This document shows, piece by piece, positions 55,081 to 58,512 of a DNA stretch of 58,512 nt (its first letter is position 1; each line of letters opens with the position of its first letter). The position numbers and the translations under genes were made by a program. Where the stretch lies: positions 1 to 58,512 of the forward strand of contig JAYUEY010000042.1 of assembly GCA_043739005.1 (NCBI GenBank), given 5' to 3'. The notes under the pieces are model-generated. The model saw nothing but the letters and a program-made list of their open reading frames with translations. It was not told the origin of the DNA and made no database searches. The DNA comes from Tardiphaga sp. Its GTDB lineage: Bacteria; Pseudomonadota; Alphaproteobacteria; Rhizobiales; Xanthobacteraceae.

Positions 55081-57579
55081 ATGAGCATGACCTCGATCGA
55101 ACGTGTGATCCCGATCGTCGGCCAGTTGCCGGCCTCGATCCGCGAGATGCTGGCGCGCCGCTTGCGCGAACTTATGGGCCTCGTGATGCTGGCGTCGTCC
55201 GGCGTCGCCTCGGCGGGCCTGATGACATGGTCGGTGCAAGATCCCTCGCTCAGCCACGCCACTGCCCGCGCAATCCGCAACGTGCTCGGCTATCCCGGCG
55301 CGATCGGGGCTGATCTAGCGATGCAGATCATAGGCCTCGGCACCATCATGTTCTTGCTGCCGATTGCGGTGTGGGGCTGGCGGATGCTGACGCACCGGCC
55401 GTTTGACCGATACGGGCTGCGGATCGGCTGCTGGATCGTCTGCACGATCATGGCGGCAGCCTTTGCAAGCTGCTGGCCGCATGGCGGCTCCTGGCCGCTG
55501 CCGACTGGCGTCGGCGGGGTCGTCGGCGATGCGCTGGTGCGCGCTCCGGCCATCGTGTTTGGCCCGGCCGGCCTGATCTATCGGCTCGTGCTCGGCACCG
55601 TCTATGGCAGCATCATGGTTGCCGCACTGCTGATGACCTGTGGTCTCGGCGCCAAGCACCCCGAGGCCGTAGTGGCGATCGAGGATGATGACACCCCGTT
55701 CGAGGAAGAGAGCGAGCGCGGTTCGATCTCGCTCGGCTTCGTCGTTCATGCGTTGATGAGCACGAAGGCGCGCTTGTCACGCCTCGCCGTAAGAGCCTAT
55801 CGCGCGCTGGTCGCCAGCGCGCCTGCGAAAACCACGACGGCCTACGAGCGTCAGGAGCCCAATCTCGGCGGTGGCGCACGCCGCGCCAGTCCGTCGATCG
55901 CGCCCGATGGTTACGACAACGAGGATGATGAGGCCGGAACGCACGCCCAACACGACGAGGATGATAGCGAGGAGATTGAGCACGAGAACGACGCGCCGAT
56001 CGCGCCCGCGCGCAAGACAACAGCACCTGCCGCAAAGCTGCCCGCGAAGAAATCATCGAGCAAATTCGAACTGCCTTCGGTCAATGTGCTGTCCGCACCG
56101 AAGGCGTCGGATCGCAAGCCGCTGAACAAGGCCGAACTCGATACAAATTCGCGCGCGCTGGAAGGCGTGCTTGGAGATTTCGGCGTTCGTGGTGAGATCG
56201 TCAAAGCCAATCCCGGCCCGGTCGTCACGTTGTACGAACTCGAACCCGCGCCTGGTATTAAATCGTCGCGCGTCATCGGCCTCGCCGACGATATTGCCCG
56301 CTCGATGAGTGCGTTATCCGCGCGTGTCGCCGTCGTCGCAGGCCGCAATGCAATCGGCATCGAATTGCCGAACCAGCACCGCGAAAAGGTCTATCTGCGT
56401 GAACTGCTGACCGAGAAAGACGACGGCGCCTGCAAATTACCGCTCTGCCTCGGCAAGACCATCGGCGGCGATCCCGTCATCATCGATCTCGCCCGCACGC
56501 CGCATATGCTGATCGCCGGCACCACCGGCTCCGGCAAATCGGTCGCGATCAACACCATGATCCTGTCGCTGGTCTATCGGCTGCGACCGGACCAGTGCCG
56601 CCTCATCATGGTCGATCCGAAGATGCTCGAACTGTCCGTCTATGACGGCATCCCGCATCTGCTGACGCCCGTCGTCACCGATCCGAAGAAGGCTGTTGTC
56701 GCGCTCAAATGGGCCGTGCGCGAGATGGAAGAGCGTTACAAGAAGATGTCAAAGCTCGGTGTGCGCAACATCGATGGCTACAACACGCGCTTGCTCGAAG
56801 CCAAGACCAAGGGCGAGGAACTGACCAGGACTGTCCATACCGGCTTCGACAAGGAGTCGGGCAAAGCGATCTATGAGGACGAAAAGCTCGATCTCGAGCC
56901 TTTGCCCTATATCGTCATCATTGTCGACGAAATGGCCGACCTGATGATGGTCGCCGGCAAGGACATCGAAGGCGCGGTGCAGCGTCTCGCGCAGATGGCG
57001 CGCGCTGCTGGCTTGCACGTCATTCTCGCCACGCAACGACCGTCGGTGGACGTCATCACCGGCACGATCAAGGCGAATTTCCCGACCCGCATCTCTTTCC
57101 AGGTGACATCCAAAATCGATAGTCGGACGATTCTCGGCGAGATGGGCGCTGAGCAGCTACTCGGTCAGGGCGACATGCTCTATATGGCCGGTGGCGGCCG
57201 CATCAGCCGCGTCCACGGCCCCTTCGTCTCTGACGAGGAGGTCGAGAAGGTGGTCCGCCACCTCAAGACCCAAGGGCAGCCGGAGTATCTCGAAGCGGTC
57301 ACGGCGGAAGAGCCGACTGAAGGCGAAGACGGCGCGGTATTCGACGGCACAAGCATGGGCGCGGATGGCGGCGGCGCCGGCGATCTCTTCTCTCAGGCCG
57401 TCGCGATCGTCAAACGCGATCGCAAGGCGTCGACCAGCTACATCCAGCGCCGCCTTCAGATCGGCTACAACAAAGCTGCGTCGTTGATGGAGCGGATGGA
57501 GCACGAGGGCATCGTCGGCCAGCCGAACCATTCCGGCAAGCGGGAGATCCTCATCGAGGAAGAGGAAAGCGGATTTTGA
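55081..57579 (+). CDS. ftsK: DNA translocase FtsK
   Basis: 4TM N-domain, acidic linker, [25 protein letters not shown], gamma domain [14 protein letters not shown]. Confidence 0.98.
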   Translation: MSMTSIERVIPIVGQLPASIREMLARRLRELMGLVMLASSGVASAGLMTWSVQDPSLSHATARAIRNVLGYPGAIGADLAMQIIGLGTIMFLLPIAVWGWRMLTHRPFDRYGLRIGCWIVCTIMAAAFASCWPHGGSWPLPTGVGGVVGDALVRAPAIVFGPAGLIYRLVLGTVYGSIMVAALLMTCGLGAKHPEAVVAIEDDDTPFEEESERGSISLGFVVHALMSTKARLSRLAVRAYRALVASAPAKTTTAYERQEPNLGGGARRASPSIAPDGYDNEDDEAGTHAQHDEDDSEEIEHENDAPIAPARKTTAPAAKLPAKKSSSKFELPSVNVLSAPKASDRKPLNKAELDTNSRALEGVLGDFGVRGEIVKANPGPVVTLYELEPAPGIKSSRVIGLADDIARSMSALSARVAVVAGRNAIGIELPNQHREKVYLRELLTEKDDGACKLPLCLGKTIGGDPVIIDLARTPHMLIAGTTGSGKSVAINTMILSLVYRLRPDQCRLIMVDPKMLELSVYDGIPHLLTPVVTDPKKAVVALKWAVREMEERYKKMSKLGVRNIDGYNTRLLEAKTKGEELTRTVHTGFDKESGKAIYEDEKLDLEPLPYIVIIVDEMADLMMVAGKDIEGAVQRLAQMARAAGLHVILATQRPSVDVITGTIKANFPTRISFQVTSKIDSRTILGEMGAEQLLGQGDMLYMAGGGRISRVHGPFVSDEEVEKVVRHLKTQGQPEYLEAVTAEEPTEGEDGAVFDGTSMGADGGGAGDLFSQAVAIVKRDRKASTSYIQRRLQIGYNKAASLMERMEHEGIVGQPNHSGKREILIEEEESGF

Positions 57580-57707
57580 CCTGCTTTCTCCGAGTTCCTG
57601 TTCGGGCCGCGAAAACGCCACAGCGACCCGTTAGCGCCTAGATCGAGATGATGAGTATGTTGGACGACAGCATTACAGCGGCCGATGACGGCGGGCAGGA
57701 CCAGATA

Positions 57708-58512
57708 GTGACCCCATCTTCGACGTTCTCTGTTGCGATGTCGTCCTTGCTGACGGCCAGCCTTGCTATGACTTTACTGGCGACCTCGGCGCTGGCGCAG
57801 AGCGTTCCGCTACCGAAATCCGCACCAAAAGCGCGCGACATGGTGCAACTCGCCGCCGCTGAACCCGTGCAGGCAAAGCCGCGCATCAACTCAGCCGCTA
57901 GTCCCGCGCCCGAACCAGTCATTCCCGATCCGCGTCGCAACAAGCCGGCCAGCATCTTCACGACCTTCGACGCCGACCAGAAAGCGCAAGCCGCCAAGGT
58001 CTCGACCTATCTGTCTTCACTGTCCACGCTGACCGGGAATTTCGTGCAGGTCGGGCCGGACGGCAGCAAGACCAAAGGTGATTTCTTCATCCAGAAGCCC
58101 GGCAAGGTGCGGTTCGAATATGACCAGCCGTCGCCGATCGCGATGATTTCCGACGGCAATTCGCTCGCAGTGCGCGACCGCAGGTTGGCAACGCAGGACA
58201 TCTATCCGCTGTCGCAGACGCCATTGCGCTATTTGCTCGCCGAAAAGATCGACCTGATGCGCGATACCAACGTCGTCGCCGTCTCGGCCGACGATCTTTA
58301 CATCAGCGTGACAATCGAGGAACGCAACGCGCTGGTCGGCACCTCTCGCCTGATGCTGATGCTCGGCGTCAAAGATAACCAGCTCAAGCAGTGGACTGTC
58401 ACCGATCCGCAGGGCTACGACACAACGGTCGCGGTTTATAACCTCGACACTGTGAAGAAGCCCGATCCCGGCCTGTTCCGGATCGATTTCACGAATTACT
58501 CGACGCCTCCGG
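57708..58512 (+). CDS. lolA: Outer-membrane lipoprotein carrier LolA (3' end outside window)
   Basis: Hand translation: signal peptide, then GNFVQVGPDG, QKPGKVRFEY, YPLSQTPL, QWTVTDPQG; follows ftsK. Upstream in-frame ATGs at 57648-57657. Confidence 0.9.
   Translation, partial: MTPSSTFSVAMSSLLTASLAMTLLATSALAQSVPLPKSAPKARDMVQLAAAEPVQAKPRINSAASPAPEPVIPDPRRNKPASIFTTFDADQKAQAAKVSTYLSSLSTLTGNFVQVGPDGSKTKGDFFIQKPGKVRFEYDQPSPIAMISDGNSLAVRDRRLATQDIYPLSQTPLRYLLAEKIDLMRDTNVVAVSADDLYISVTIEERNALVGTSRLMLMLGVKDNQLKQWTVTDPQGYDTTVAVYNLDTVKKPDPGLFRIDFTNYSTPP

Noticed and set aside
268-58201. Numerous Arg/Ala-rich overlapping and antisense ORFs in the six-frame track
   Set aside because: Expected shadows in GC-rich DNA; nearly all overlap a well-supported gene and lack motifs.

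Overview
GC-rich chromosomal core region. Gene content, repeats and promoter motifs point to an alphaproteobacterium of the Nitrobacteraceae/Bradyrhizobiaceae type (inference). In order it carries: a peptide/nickel-family ABC system with two divergent paralogous binding proteins, each behind a sigma-54 motif; arginase, glgX, fhs and two crotonases; a UreH/NiCoT-like metal permease; a ~17-kb late-cobalamin and corrinoid-uptake cluster (cobS, cobT, DUF1636, cobU, cobW, cobN, cobO, cobQ, cbiB, btuF, cobD, btuD, btuC, btuB) with two cobalamin riboswitches; a Na+/H+ antiporter; the glycerol locus glpR-glpD-glpSTPQUV; a beta-oxidation operon; csbD, slyX, trhO, ggt; and aminotransferase-ftsK-lolA. 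I saw no rRNA, tRNA, CRISPR or transposase, and I cannot support a wholly new multi-gene system. The most notable oddities are: (1) the threonine-phosphate decarboxylase gene lies antisense inside the btu operon, and flipping it back restores clean gene junctions; (2) a palindromic repeat sits in frame within the His loop of the metal permease; (3) a 3 x 22-bp palindromic array covers the divergent cob promoters; (4) two chimeric deletion-scar pseudogenes; (5) sigma-EcfG, sigma-54 and CtrA motifs, including a symmetric EcfG motif upstream of the beta-oxidation operon.
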